A DNA stretch of 57,168 nucleotides. It comes from a virus. Lineage: Duplodnaviria > Caudoviricetes. Both the position numbers and the translations under genes were made by a program. The notes under the pieces were generated by a model. That model was not told where the DNA came from. It worked only from the letters and a program-made list of their open reading frames with translations, and ran no database searches. How positions within the stretch are numbered: the first letter of the stretch is position 1; every line of letters begins with the position of its first letter. Positions 18,340 to 25,819 of the stretch are shown here, piece after piece. The stretch spans positions 1-57,168 of IMG/VR virus record IMGVR_UViG_3300002855_000221; one strand, 5' to 3'.

Positions 18340-18567
18340 ATGGCACTGCAACTCGGCAGGTGCCTATTGCGCTATTATCGGACTAAGGCTGGCCTTACTC
18401 AGGAATGCCTTGCCGATCGTCTCCGGAATGATTTGGGATTAACGGTGTCATCGACAATGATCAGTCAATATGAGAATGACCATCGGCCCATGTCCCCTCT
18501 CATTATGCGCGGGGTATGCATTATTCTTGGATGTACAGAGGCCGATTTATATGAATGGCCCCATTAG
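18340..18567 (+). CDS. Small XRE HTH regulator
   Basis: GRCLL...GLTQECLAD...ISQYEND...LGCTEADLYEW. Confidence 0.85.
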   Translation: MALQLGRCLLRYYRTKAGLTQECLADRLRNDLGLTVSSTMISQYENDHRPMSPLIMRGVCIILGCTEADLYEWPH

Positions 18568-18770
18568 CGTAATAGGTATGGAGTGAGTAGTTTACTGCTC
18601 CCTGCCGAGGCTGACTTTACAAGCTCGTAAAGTTTTTATTTGTCAACAAATTTGTTTGTTATACATTATTTAACTCCAGATGGGTGATATTGTAAACAAA
18701 AGCTGGGGAATCCGAATTTATTTGTAAAAACATCAAACTTTCTCCACTTCTGAAGTGTTATATATAAATG

Positions 18771-18807
18771 AGCAAAAAAAACGGACCTATCACTCCTGTG
18801 TAGGTCC
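18771..18807 (-). terminator. Rho-independent terminator of the agr-like operon
   Basis: GGACCTA/TAGGTCC stem followed by a U-tract on the minus strand. Confidence 0.7.
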
Positions 18808-18823
18808 TCTTTCATATTTCAAC

Positions 18824-19204
18824 TCAATTTATGATTAATTGCGGATTAAGCATCATAAATTCCTTCTCAAGTTCCGAATACCTCCAATATGCCAGGGTGC
18901 AGTATTTAGAGGTTTTCTTGACTTCATCGCTAAAGTACGCCCTCTTTTGTAAACTATCCATCAAGACAATCTTATCGATGTTAACCGCGATATTCCGATC
19001 AACAATTCGATAACTTTCCCCGCTACTGTTAAGAGTAGTTGCCCAATACTTCAATGTACCTGGTAAGTAAAACTCTTCTCTCTCAGTATGAACAGCTACC
19101 CTTTGAATTGGCTTTCTTGACTCCAGGAATATGATGTCATTTCGGTTCAGATTTACAATTCCTGATTCGCCCTCAATATCCCTTGTCACTGTAAGATATT
19201 GCAT
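18824..19204 (-). CDS. Stand-alone LytTR DNA-binding protein (no receiver domain)
   Basis: DIIFLES...VAVHT...GTL...YRIVDRNIAVNIDKI; only 126 aa. Confidence 0.85.
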   Translation of the reverse strand: MQYLTVTRDIEGESGIVNLNRNDIIFLESRKPIQRVAVHTEREEFYLPGTLKYWATTLNSSGESYRIVDRNIAVNIDKIVLMDSLQKRAYFSDEVKKTSKYCTLAYWRYSELEKEFMMLNPQLIIN

Positions 19205-19225
19205 TGCTGAATCAGCTCCATTTTC

Positions 19226-19351
19226 TTATTTATTTAACAATTCCGCTGGTGGTTCCGGATTGTTAACAAAAATCAGACTTGCTGGGTAAACGGACAGTAC
19301 GGCAAGAGCGGATAATACCGTTGCGAATTTGGAATATACATATGATCTCAT
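19226..19351 (-). CDS. agrD: AgrD-like cyclic lactone autoinducer precursor (41 aa)
   Basis: Hand-translated MRSYVYSKFATVLSALAVLSVYPASLIFVNNPEPPAELLNK; ATGA overlap with agrB; PxxPxxL tail. Confidence 0.85.
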   Translation of the reverse strand: MRSYVYSKFATVLSALAVLSVYPASLIFVNNPEPPAELLNK

Positions 19352-19887
19352 GACTGCTTCTCACCTCCTTTCATGATCTTGTTTAGGATTAAAGTAATAC
19401 ATTGAACAAAGAAAGCTATCGCAACGGAGTTAGAAGTAAGCAATAGATTTAATATAACCAGTAAGAAAGACACCATCTTCAATGCTGGAAAGAACTTCGG
19501 TGGGATAATGGTTTGTTTTTCAATACCGGTAGGTGCATACAACAGAACTAGGATTGCACTGATGATTGTAAGAGTAACGATCCAGAAATGATCCAAGGAA
19601 ATGAACGAAAGCAACGTGGCTGTGGCTGCTGTGATCAATGCGCAGCTTGTACTTGACCTCAAGTGTAAACCGCCGGAAAGTTGTCTTAGGGCAGCAAAGG
19701 ATGATAATAAAATAACTACTTCGCGCGTATTCCCTGTGAACAACGAAACCGTCAATGATAGTCCTACAACTGCAGTAACGTTCAGGATGATAATCAGGAT
19801 ATGATTGAGAACCGCAACAGAGGCAGGATGATCCGGCACCACCGACTTAATATGTGTTGCCATCTTCCAGGCCATGTTCTCTATCAT
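19348..19887 (-). CDS. agrB: AgrB-family peptide-processing membrane protease
   Basis: LRQLSGGLHLRSSTSC with catalytic His/Cys spacing, YAP motif, multiple TM segments; start MIENMAW. Confidence 0.92.
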   Translation of the reverse strand: MIENMAWKMATHIKSVVPDHPASVAVLNHILIIILNVTAVVGLSLTVSLFTGNTREVVILLSSFAALRQLSGGLHLRSSTSCALITAATATLLSFISLDHFWIVTLTIISAILVLLYAPTGIEKQTIIPPKFFPALKMVSFLLVILNLLLTSNSVAIAFFVQCITLILNKIMKGGEKQS

Positions 19888-20471
19888 AAGAAATCCTCCC
19901 GTTCCTTCTGAATTGCGTAATATAAGAAAAGTCCTGATGCCACAGCGAAAAATAATATGTTTATCCATACCTGATGCTGATACAAAGAGATTGTCATCAA
20001 GATGAACGATAATATAATCACGGTGATGACAATGATGCGTTCTCCTTTAAACCTCAGCTTGTCAAAATCGAGAGCAAATCCTATTCCGAACCGGTACAAT
20101 ACATACGACAATGCCATAATTAACACACTTGTGACGATCTGTAGTAATTCTCCTCTAATCGTTGTAAACAAAACCGCTTGGATGGTTCCATAAAGGAAGA
20201 ATCCTATACACGCAACGATGGCTGACCAAATCAGTGAGACTTTAACAACGGTTGTTAACAGAAGGACGTAACAGAGTAGATTAATTAGCGTTGCTATGTA
20301 TCCCAAGTCAACCTCTCTTAAAAAGTAACTCTGAATGCCCATCAATAATGCGATAATGAAAGACTGCCAGATGTACTCAAGTGCGTTCATTCTGAATATC
20401 GCCATCATCAATACAAATGCTGCGTAGACCTCTAATGTTGAGAACAGCATAAACATGACCATATCCCACAT
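19884..20471 (-). CDS. Multi-pass membrane protein, AgrC sensor-like, no kinase domain
   Basis: 195 aa, almost all hydrophobic (about 6-7 TM); ATGA-coupled to agrB; no H-box or ATPase motifs. Confidence 0.7.
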   Translation of the reverse strand: MWDMVMFMLFSTLEVYAAFVLMMAIFRMNALEYIWQSFIIALLMGIQSYFLREVDLGYIATLINLLCYVLLLTTVVKVSLIWSAIVACIGFFLYGTIQAVLFTTIRGELLQIVTSVLIMALSYVLYRFGIGFALDFDKLRFKGERIIVITVIILSFILMTISLYQHQVWINILFFAVASGLFLYYAIQKEREDFL

Positions 20472-20492
20472 CGGCTCTAATCCCCTTAATAA

Positions 20493-20798
20493 TTATTTCT
20501 TGCTGCGCCACTCCTCGAGCTGATCCTTATAATGTTGAATACTTGTCTCAAACCAAAACGGCCGAGTTCCAACCATGAAATCTGGATCAGGAAAAAATCG
20601 AGTCTTTCGGGCATGGTGCATGTTCTTGGGGTCAATTCCGATGGCGTCTGCAACTTCTTTGTTACCCAAGACCCTCGGGAATTTAATCCCTGCAATGATC
20701 TCTCGGGCTTCTTTCAACTGGTTAACAAGTTCTAAAATTTCTAACCCTTTTTCTCCCCCTATCTCTTCTGCCATCAAGCGGTACTTATTCAAGGTCAA
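20493..20798 (-). CDS. AlpA/excisionase-like HTH protein heading the agr operon
   Basis: VLGNKEVADAIGID...FFPDPDFMVGTRPFW. Confidence 0.7.
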   Translation of the reverse strand: MTLNKYRLMAEEIGGEKGLEILELVNQLKEAREIIAGIKFPRVLGNKEVADAIGIDPKNMHHARKTRFFPDPDFMVGTRPFWFETSIQHYKDQLEEWRSKK

Positions 20799-20854
20799 GT
20801 GAAACCATCTCCTCTGCTGTAAATTCCTCGTTTGTTATATATTGGTTGATTGAC

Positions 20855-20906
20855 GTTGTATAAAATATACGACATTGTCATATAAAATACAAGACTTTAT
20901 CGTATA
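20855..20906 (-). promoter_or_regulatory. Sigma-A-like promoter with overlapping repeats for the HTH-agr operon
   Basis: Minus strand TTGTAT-17-TATATT; TATAAAATA at 20859 and 20881; imperfect palindrome GTTGTATA-AAA-TATACGAC. Confidence 0.55.
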
Positions 20907-20966
20907 TAATTCACAAAAAAATAACCGGGAAAACATCCCGGATATTTTGCCAGCCTAACTTCAAGA

Positions 20967-21218
20967 TCATAGACCTTCTAATGTTTCAATCTGACTATTC
21001 GTAAGTTTGTGTCTAAACGCGTTATCTAAATGCATGTATATATCTTGAATCCCGTCCAGGACACCGTTTAATCGTGATATTTCATGCTCAAGGTTGTTCC
21101 TTTCTTTCGGGCTAACTGTTGTATAATCAATTTTCTTTTGAATTCGTTCTTTTTCATCCTCTATTTCATTTTTATATACAATAATCCTTTTCAATTGTTC
21201 AAATAAGATATCACCCAC
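20967..21218 (-). CDS. Hypothetical protein (AT-rich accessory gene)
   Basis: RBS AAGGAG; terminator-like CCGGGA/TCCCGG at about 20915-20947. Confidence 0.65.
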   Translation of the reverse strand: MGDILFEQLKRIIVYKNEIEDEKERIQKKIDYTTVSPKERNNLEHEISRLNGVLDGIQDIYMHLDNAFRHKLTNSQIETLEGL

Positions 21219-21313
21219 ATCAATTACTCCTTTCCTAGAACTAATTATTTTTTGTATTTCAATTCAGTAAGGACTATTGTACCACGGTTGGAAGAGTGTG
21301 GAATCAAATCGCA

Positions 21314-21916
21314 CTATTTTATTCGTTTCAACATCTCATCCACCGGACTCTGGAACACCCTGAACAACCTTCCATCCGTGCGATAATTCCCAGTCCCGGA
21401 CCCGATTATCCAGATATACGGGAACACCTTCTTGGCCGCCGGCTGCCAAGGCTCCTGTTCCCATTCACCGCTAAGGTAATACTGCTCATATCGGTTCATC
21501 TTCTCCTGCATTACTCTGTCTGAAAACTGGCTCCTTTGTATCTCCACGAACCACGGAGCACCCTTCCAGATCGTGAACACGTCCGGCTCAGGTCTTCCCT
21601 TACCTCCCGTCTTGGGCTCCACATTAAACACCCTCGGTTCCTCAACCTTCCGGATCTCTTTATAGAAATTTACGATAGCCAGGAAGTGTCCGATCTTAGC
21701 ACTGTCCTTTTTAATGCCTGGCACAGGGAAGTATATGTACTTCCGGCGATCGGTGGTACATGTAATGATGTCATCTCGACGCAGCCGCTTAAGTACCATG
21801 TTCGCCTGGGTTATCGGATTCTTTACATTGGAGAAATGGAGTTCCGCCACATCATCACGAGTGAGGCAACGGAACCGCTCCAGATCCTTTACAATAGCCA
21901 TGTCACGCGCATTCAA
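21314..21916 (-). CDS. Replication-relaxation (Replic_Relax) family protein
   Basis: RDMAIVKDLERFRCLTRD...HFLAI...PDVF...FVEIQRS...KMNRY. Confidence 0.85.
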   Translation of the reverse strand: MNARDMAIVKDLERFRCLTRDDVAELHFSNVKNPITQANMVLKRLRRDDIITCTTDRRKYIYFPVPGIKKDSAKIGHFLAIVNFYKEIRKVEEPRVFNVEPKTGGKGRPEPDVFTIWKGAPWFVEIQRSQFSDRVMQEKMNRYEQYYLSGEWEQEPWQPAAKKVFPYIWIIGSGTGNYRTDGRLFRVFQSPVDEMLKRIK

Positions 21917-21918
21917 TC

Positions 21919-23133
21919 CTACAACACCCCAATCTCAATGGTGTCATCTTCCTGAGCTTCCTGATCAACAGCCTGAGCCGTTGCCGCCTCCTCTGAGCGC
22001 GTGTATGGCTCCAGGAGTGCCTTTGCCTTGGGAATATCTAAGTATGGCCCTTGAACTGATTTCATGCCATCCAGCTTCAATATCATGCGGCCCTTTTGGC
22101 TCTGCTGGATATCTGCAGCTTCTCCGCTGCCTAGGGTAATACGGCTGTTGATCTCGTCACTATGGCGGAATGCCATCCTTACTGTAAGATTATTCTTGAG
22201 CTTACCGTCCAGGACGTCAGCATCTGGCCGCTGCATCGAGAGGATCAAGAACACACCCAGGGCTCTGCCGATCGCGCTGATCTCCTCGATTCCTTCCATG
22301 AGGTCCTTTTCCTTTTTGAGCAGTGCCACTTCATCAATCGCCAAGACGATGTAGGGAGGCCGATCAGCTACCGGCAGATCCTCAATGTTTGCCAAGCCAG
22401 CTCGGTCCAGCAGATCCCCGCGACGCCTCATCTCTTTCCTGATCTTAAGCACGATCTGGTGCAGCTGAGGAGCTTCAACAACAACCTGCTGGGCGATAGA
22501 TTTGAATATATGGAACTCTGACCGCTTAAGGTCAGCGCAATACAATTCCAGTCTGTCCGCCGCTGTCCGGATTATCGTTGTAAGTATGGACCTCAAGGCA
22601 ACCGACTTCCCACTGCCAGTCTCCCCGGCCACCAATAAATGCGGGTGCTCCGTCATGTCATACACTTCATCCCCTGTCCGGCTCCGTCCGACATAGATAG
22701 GTAGCCTGAGTCCTTGCACGGCCTTTTCCACGGTTTCTAGGTTATAATCAAACCGCTGTACATCCTGACCGTAGATGTTGAGTGTGAACGTCTTAGAGGA
22801 CCCCGTCAGCTCAATGTTGTCGCCAAATGTTTGTTCAAATAGCCATGCTCTCTTACGAACCTCCTGCGGGTCCAAACCATTTGGTAGGATAAACACCACC
22901 TGCACGCAATCATGGTACACCGTGACCCGGCTTACCTGCGGGTAAGCGCGAATCTCCTTCCCCTGTCGAACCTTCCGCTTATAACATATCTCTCCGGCCA
23001 GAAAGAGCTTCCGCATCTTGGCTCTGTACACAGAATCCGCGCTCGATCTATAAACCGTCCACGCACCTCCCAGGCATCCGCACGCTGCCGCTAATTTCAA
23101 GACTGCGAATCCTCCTACTCCGCTAATTACCAT
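21919..23133 (-). CDS. FtsK/SpoIIIE-domain ATPase
   Basis: PHLLVAGETGSGKS, IDEVA, LSMQRPDA. Confidence 0.92.
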   Translation of the reverse strand: MVISGVGGFAVLKLAAACGCLGGAWTVYRSSADSVYRAKMRKLFLAGEICYKRKVRQGKEIRAYPQVSRVTVYHDCVQVVFILPNGLDPQEVRKRAWLFEQTFGDNIELTGSSKTFTLNIYGQDVQRFDYNLETVEKAVQGLRLPIYVGRSRTGDEVYDMTEHPHLLVAGETGSGKSVALRSILTTIIRTAADRLELYCADLKRSEFHIFKSIAQQVVVEAPQLHQIVLKIRKEMRRRGDLLDRAGLANIEDLPVADRPPYIVLAIDEVALLKKEKDLMEGIEEISAIGRALGVFLILSMQRPDADVLDGKLKNNLTVRMAFRHSDEINSRITLGSGEAADIQQSQKGRMILKLDGMKSVQGPYLDIPKAKALLEPYTRSEEAATAQAVDQEAQEDDTIEIGVL

Positions 23134-23266
23134 TCGCTTCGCCTCTTTTCGCTATCGCTCAAAACAAATTCATAATTTCTTTATCCCTCAAGGTTTTTGC
23201 TCGTACTACAATTGCAATGTTACTGCTGCATATACAAACTTACCTGCATAGGTCTCTGCTAATGCA

Positions 23267-23470
23267 TCAAACATGCACTCCAAAGGTGCGGGCAACCATC
23301 TGCAAGCAATCCCACCAGGCATCAAGTGAGATGTATGCACACGCCACATACCCAGCAATCTTGATGTACATTACCTTGCCGCCGTGCCCCATGTTCTCCA
23401 GTACATTGGAACAGAAATGAGATACTACCCCGATCCCGAGGATTTTAAAAATAGCCGTCAGTTCGATCAT
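23267..23470 (-). CDS. SpoIIIAC/AD-like small membrane protein
   Basis: IFKILGIGVV...VLENMG pattern resembles SpoIIIAC. Confidence 0.6.
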   Translation of the reverse strand: MIELTAIFKILGIGVVSHFCSNVLENMGHGGKVMYIKIAGYVACAYISLDAWWDCLQMVARTFGVHV

Positions 23471-23481
23471 GTTATCCCTCC

Positions 23482-23688
23482 TTAGATAAACCCCTCAACC
23501 GCAAAATCTTCCTGCAGTTCCGCTACCTGCTGCCGAGGCCCTGGGAAGCCTCCGTCAATATCTCGCTGGATCAATCGTTTTAGAAAGCCCGACTGATTAG
23601 GCCGCAGCCGCACATGCTCATATTGCTGCAGCTGGTCGGGATCCAGAACGTTAAACGCCACCTGTATAATCCGGATATCCTTAGCCAT
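23482..23688 (-). CDS. Putative ParR-like adaptor / ribbon-helix-helix protein
   Basis: VAFNVLDP...NQSGFLKRLIQRDI; coupled to the parM-like gene. Confidence 0.55.
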   Translation of the reverse strand: MAKDIRIIQVAFNVLDPDQLQQYEHVRLRPNQSGFLKRLIQRDIDGGFPGPRQQVAELQEDFAVEGFI

Positions 23689-24484
23689 AGACCTTCCTCG
23701 CGATCAGATAAAATGCTTTTACATTTGCATATTCTGGGTCACCCTCAATCATCCGAACATCAGGAAAGTAAGCCTTCAGCGCAGCCAGGACATCCCCCGC
23801 ACCACCTCCGCAAAGATAAACTGTGTCATTCGCTTTCCAGCCCCTTGCGAGCGCTCTGAGTGCTATCTGGCGGGCGAAATCTGCTGGCTGCACGGATCGC
23901 AAGGTTTCCATGCCGGTACCGAGCGTGAAGCTTCCTCGGTCATTAAAGCGACGATCGATGAGCGTGCCAAAATTAACCGTACCGCTGCCGACATCGATCA
24001 CGCGAACCAAACCACCACCCGGCACCAGTAATCCGGCAGTTACTCCTTCCGCTGCCACCTCGCAGCGCCGAATGACGATGATCTTTCTCTTGCCGTTTAC
24101 AGTCAGCTCATGCCGGCCACATAGCATTTCTTTGATAGCCGACTTTTCAGCCTCGTGGTGCGTGCTGATCGGCTGGCCGACAATGATCTGATGCTCTATC
24201 CCCTCGCCAAACTGATGTAAAGCCAGTAGCGTCCGCAGGCGTGCATCTGGATGAGCTTTGGTTTCCCCTTTACGACTATCCGCGCATTCGCTCTCATGTA
24301 GTGCCAGCGTGCCAGCGAAGCCACGCTGCCCGTCATATTCCCATTCATAGTCAAACTCGCCATACTGCTGTTTCAGATTCCGCTCCCTATACTCCCCGAT
24401 CAGAGAGGGGAATGCTTGCAGCTTCCTACCGTCATAAAACTTGGTCCTGTAATTTCCCGCATCAATGGCCGATATCATCCGCAT
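23681..24484 (-). CDS. ParM/StbA actin-like ATPase
   Basis: IDAGNYRTK, AEG, IDVGSGT and LCGGGA actin-fold motifs. Confidence 0.9.
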   Translation of the reverse strand: MRMISAIDAGNYRTKFYDGRKLQAFPSLIGEYRERNLKQQYGEFDYEWEYDGQRGFAGTLALHESECADSRKGETKAHPDARLRTLLALHQFGEGIEHQIIVGQPISTHHEAEKSAIKEMLCGRHELTVNGKRKIIVIRRCEVAAEGVTAGLLVPGGGLVRVIDVGSGTVNFGTLIDRRFNDRGSFTLGTGMETLRSVQPADFARQIALRALARGWKANDTVYLCGGGAGDVLAALKAYFPDVRMIEGDPEYANVKAFYLIARKVYG

Positions 24485-24553
24485 CCCGCCTTGTTGTTGA
24501 ACTGGTTACGGTACTGGACTGGCGCCTTAGCCCTTGGTGCCGTATCTGGTTAC

Positions 24554-24581
24554 ATATCTATGCGGTACAGCTTGCCTATGT
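24554..24581 (-). promoter_or_regulatory. Putative sigma-K (mother-cell) promoter of the parM cassette
   Basis: Minus strand ACA-N16-CATAGATAT matches the sigma-K consensus. Confidence 0.45.
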
Positions 24582-24639
24582 TTCATAGTTACATGAATAA
24601 AATTTTCATAGACTGTCCATCCTCTGTAGTAGAAGGGGA

Positions 24640-24870
24640 GTGGGGAATATGTTTGGATTAGGGAAAAAGAGGTCTCGACTCGGGAGATTTTTGGATAAGA
24701 ATGGCATCACCCAGGGCTGGCTAGTGGAGAATGCAAAACTGAATAGGAACACCCTTACGCAGCTTTGCGGGGATGATCACTATGAACCTAGAGCTGAGAC
24801 CGTCCAGAAGATCATTTCAGCTCTTCGTAAACGTGGGTTTGATGTCCGGGGAAGTGACTTTTGGGGATAA
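24640..24870 (+). CDS. XRE HTH regulator
   Basis: FGLGKKRSRLGRFLDKNGITQ...; divergent from parM. Confidence 0.8.
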   Translation: MGNMFGLGKKRSRLGRFLDKNGITQGWLVENAKLNRNTLTQLCGDDHYEPRAETVQKIISALRKRGFDVRGSDFWG

Positions 24871-24921
24871 TTTGGGGATAAAAAACGCCTGACGCATTTA
24901 GCGGCAGGCTTTCTTGTGCTT

Positions 24922-25197
24922 TCAATATTTTGTCCAGTAATCCATGTTTCTCTGTTTGCTTGGAGGTGACTGCTCCATGACTTCCGCTTTGATGATTTGA
25001 ATGTTCTCTGTTGTTGATTTATTCGGCCATATTATATATCCGTGGTCTTCCAAATAACGAAGCCCTTTCAGTAAATCCTGGTAACTCCGTCCGGTCATCA
25101 TCTCTAAACGTCTATAATCAGGCATACGGCTCTTATGTACGGGACTCGGATAATTGATCAGGATCCGGAGTAACTTTCGCTCGCGATCCGGCAGCAT
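24922..25197 (-). CDS. LexA-N-like winged-helix protein
   Basis: RERKLLRIL...MPDYRRLEMMTGRS...LRYLEDHGYI. Confidence 0.65.
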   Translation of the reverse strand: MLPDRERKLLRILINYPSPVHKSRMPDYRRLEMMTGRSYQDLLKGLRYLEDHGYIIWPNKSTTENIQIIKAEVMEQSPPSKQRNMDYWTKY

Positions 25198-25220
25198 GAT
25201 GATTACCTCCTAGAATAACA

Positions 25221-25234
25221 AGAACATTTGTTTG
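25221..25234. promoter_or_regulatory. Putative SOS (Cheo) box
   Basis: AGAACATTTGTTTG fits GAAC-N4-GTTY, just upstream of the RBS of 24922..25197. Confidence 0.55.
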
Positions 25235-25369
25235 TATTATATGTGATTGTTAGTTCTTAATTCAATCAGTATATATTTTAGAACTCACATAATGAAGTAT
25301 TAACCTAACCATACCTATCTGGTATAATTCTCCTTAAGAAAGAAGAATGTAAATTTTAGGAGGATTTAG

Positions 25370-25729
25370 ATGATTTCTGACGAAGTAGGACCCTATATTA
25401 TTTTAGTTGTATTTTTCGGGGGATTATTTCTAGCTATATTTTTTAGAAATTTATATGAGAGACGTATTGAGAAACGCAGCTTAAAAAAACCAGTAGTAGC
25501 TATACCTTGTAAAATTGTAGATAAGCGTATGGAAAGCAGTGGAGGAGGAAGTACCGATATAACTAATAGCTATTTCTTAACTCTTGAATTTGATGATGGT
25601 TCGCGAAGAGTGCTGAATGTGGACTCCTATGAATATGGATTTCTTATTATAGGTGACGATGCTAAGTATTGCACGCAAGGAGACCTCACTTGGATCGAAC
25701 GCATGAATATAGCTAAGTCACAAATGTAG
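25370..25729 (+). CDS. DUF2500 (YhhM-like) membrane-anchored protein
   Basis: N-terminal TM, KIVDKR...YFLTLEFDDGSR...EYGFL..GD...QG. Confidence 0.75.
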   Translation: MISDEVGPYIILVVFFGGLFLAIFFRNLYERRIEKRSLKKPVVAIPCKIVDKRMESSGGGSTDITNSYFLTLEFDDGSRRVLNVDSYEYGFLIIGDDAKYCTQGDLTWIERMNIAKSQM

Positions 25730-25741
25730 CGCCACTAACAT

Positions 25742-25774
25742 AGACCCTGCCAGCATTTTAACTGGTAGGGTCTT
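25742..25774. terminator. Terminator hairpin (copy 1)
   Basis: AGACCCTGCCAG...CTGGTAGGGTCT. Confidence 0.7.
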
Positions 25775-25819
25775 CGTGTAGATTTAATTGTGTTAAAATT
25801 TATACATTAAGGAGGTAAC

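Noticed and set aside
19888-19968. Longer N-terminus of AgrB given in the ORF track
   Set aside because: It overlaps the upstream gene; RBS GGAGG and ATGA coupling support a start at 19887
17788-20798. Arbitrium/RRNPP system
   Set aside because: No TPR receptor of about 380 aa; the peptide has AgrD architecture and is coupled to agrB
24495-24553. CTGGTTAC/ACTGG repeats as a parC centromere
   Set aside because: Too few and too irregular to support a call
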